Position numbers and translations under genes: made by a program. Shown here piece after piece: positions 21,008 to 21,507 of a stretch of DNA of 21,507 nt. The notes below the pieces were generated by a model. It made no database searches and was not told the DNA's origin. It was given only the letters and a program-made list of their open reading frames with translations. Position 1 is the first letter of the stretch. Each line of letters starts with the position of its first letter. The stretch comes from Octopus sinensis (lineage: Eukaryota), in assembly GCF_006345805.1 (NCBI RefSeq), contig NW_021823894.1, positions 1 to 21,507 of the forward strand. The letters are read 5' to 3'.

Positions 21008-21507
21008 GAATTATAGTTTACTTGCTTCTAAGAAGAATTATAGTGTACTTGCTTCCAAAAAGAATCATAGTTTACTTGCTTCCAAGAAGAATTATAGTTT
21101 ACTTGCTTCTAAGAAGAATTATAGTGTACTTGCTTCCAAGAAGAATTATAGTTTACTTGCTTCCAAGAAGAATTATAGTTTACTTGCTTCCAAGAAGAAT
21201 TATAGTTACTTGCTTCCAAGAAGAATTATAGTTTACTTGCTTCTAAGAAGAATTATAGTTTACGTGCTTCCAAGAAGAATTATAGTTTACTTGCTTCTAA
21301 GAATAATTATAGTTTACTTGCTTCTAAGAAGAATTATAGTTTACTTGCTTCTAAGAAGAATTATAGTTTACTTGCTTCCAAGAAGAATTATAGTTTACTT
21401 GCTTCTAAGTAGAATTATAGTTTACTTGCTTCTAAGAAGAATTATAGTTTACTTGCTTCTAAGAAGAATTATAGTTTACTTGCTTCCAAGAAGAATTATA
21501 GTTTACT
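21008..21507 (+). repeat. 27-bp minisatellite, at least 18 copies, runs off the window end
   Basis: Unit GAATTATAGTTTACTTGCTTC(C/T)AAGAA with no spacers; one unit has a 1-bp deletion near 21206. Confidence 0.97.

Noticed and set aside
21008-21507. 27-bp repeat array as a CRISPR or as a 9-aa repeat protein
   Set aside because: Repeats are head-to-tail with no spacers, there are no cas genes, the context is eukaryotic, and a 1-bp deletion breaks the frame.

Overview
AT-rich, microsatellite-saturated animal DNA made almost entirely of transposable elements; no host gene can be supported. The SINE and MITE families look like octopus/cephalopod repeats (inference from recall, not a search). Left to right: a tRNA-derived SINE; a full-length but frameshifted mariner whose left end plus flank is duplicated as a 373-bp palindrome; a 5'-truncated RTE-type LINE tail; two Chapaev3 (CACTG, TTA TSD) deletion derivatives in a 1004-bp tandem duplication; a third Chapaev3 relic carrying a nested hAT MITE; two alternating pairs of non-autonomous Helitron segments; three copies of a long-TIR foldback MITE, two of which bracket in inverted orientation a Penelope-like element (open 700-aa RT + GIY-YIG ORF); a young (about 99% LTR identity) 2.96-kb Ty3/Gypsy element; and a 27-bp minisatellite running off the window end. 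The most unusual object is the Gypsy element. It has LTRs, a tRNA-Leu PBS, a PPT, gag, protease and an intact DD35E integrase core, but no RT/RNase H and no integrase HHCC finger. All apparent deletions keep the reading frame, and the only break between gag-pro and int lies on a G GGA AAC -1 slippery heptamer.
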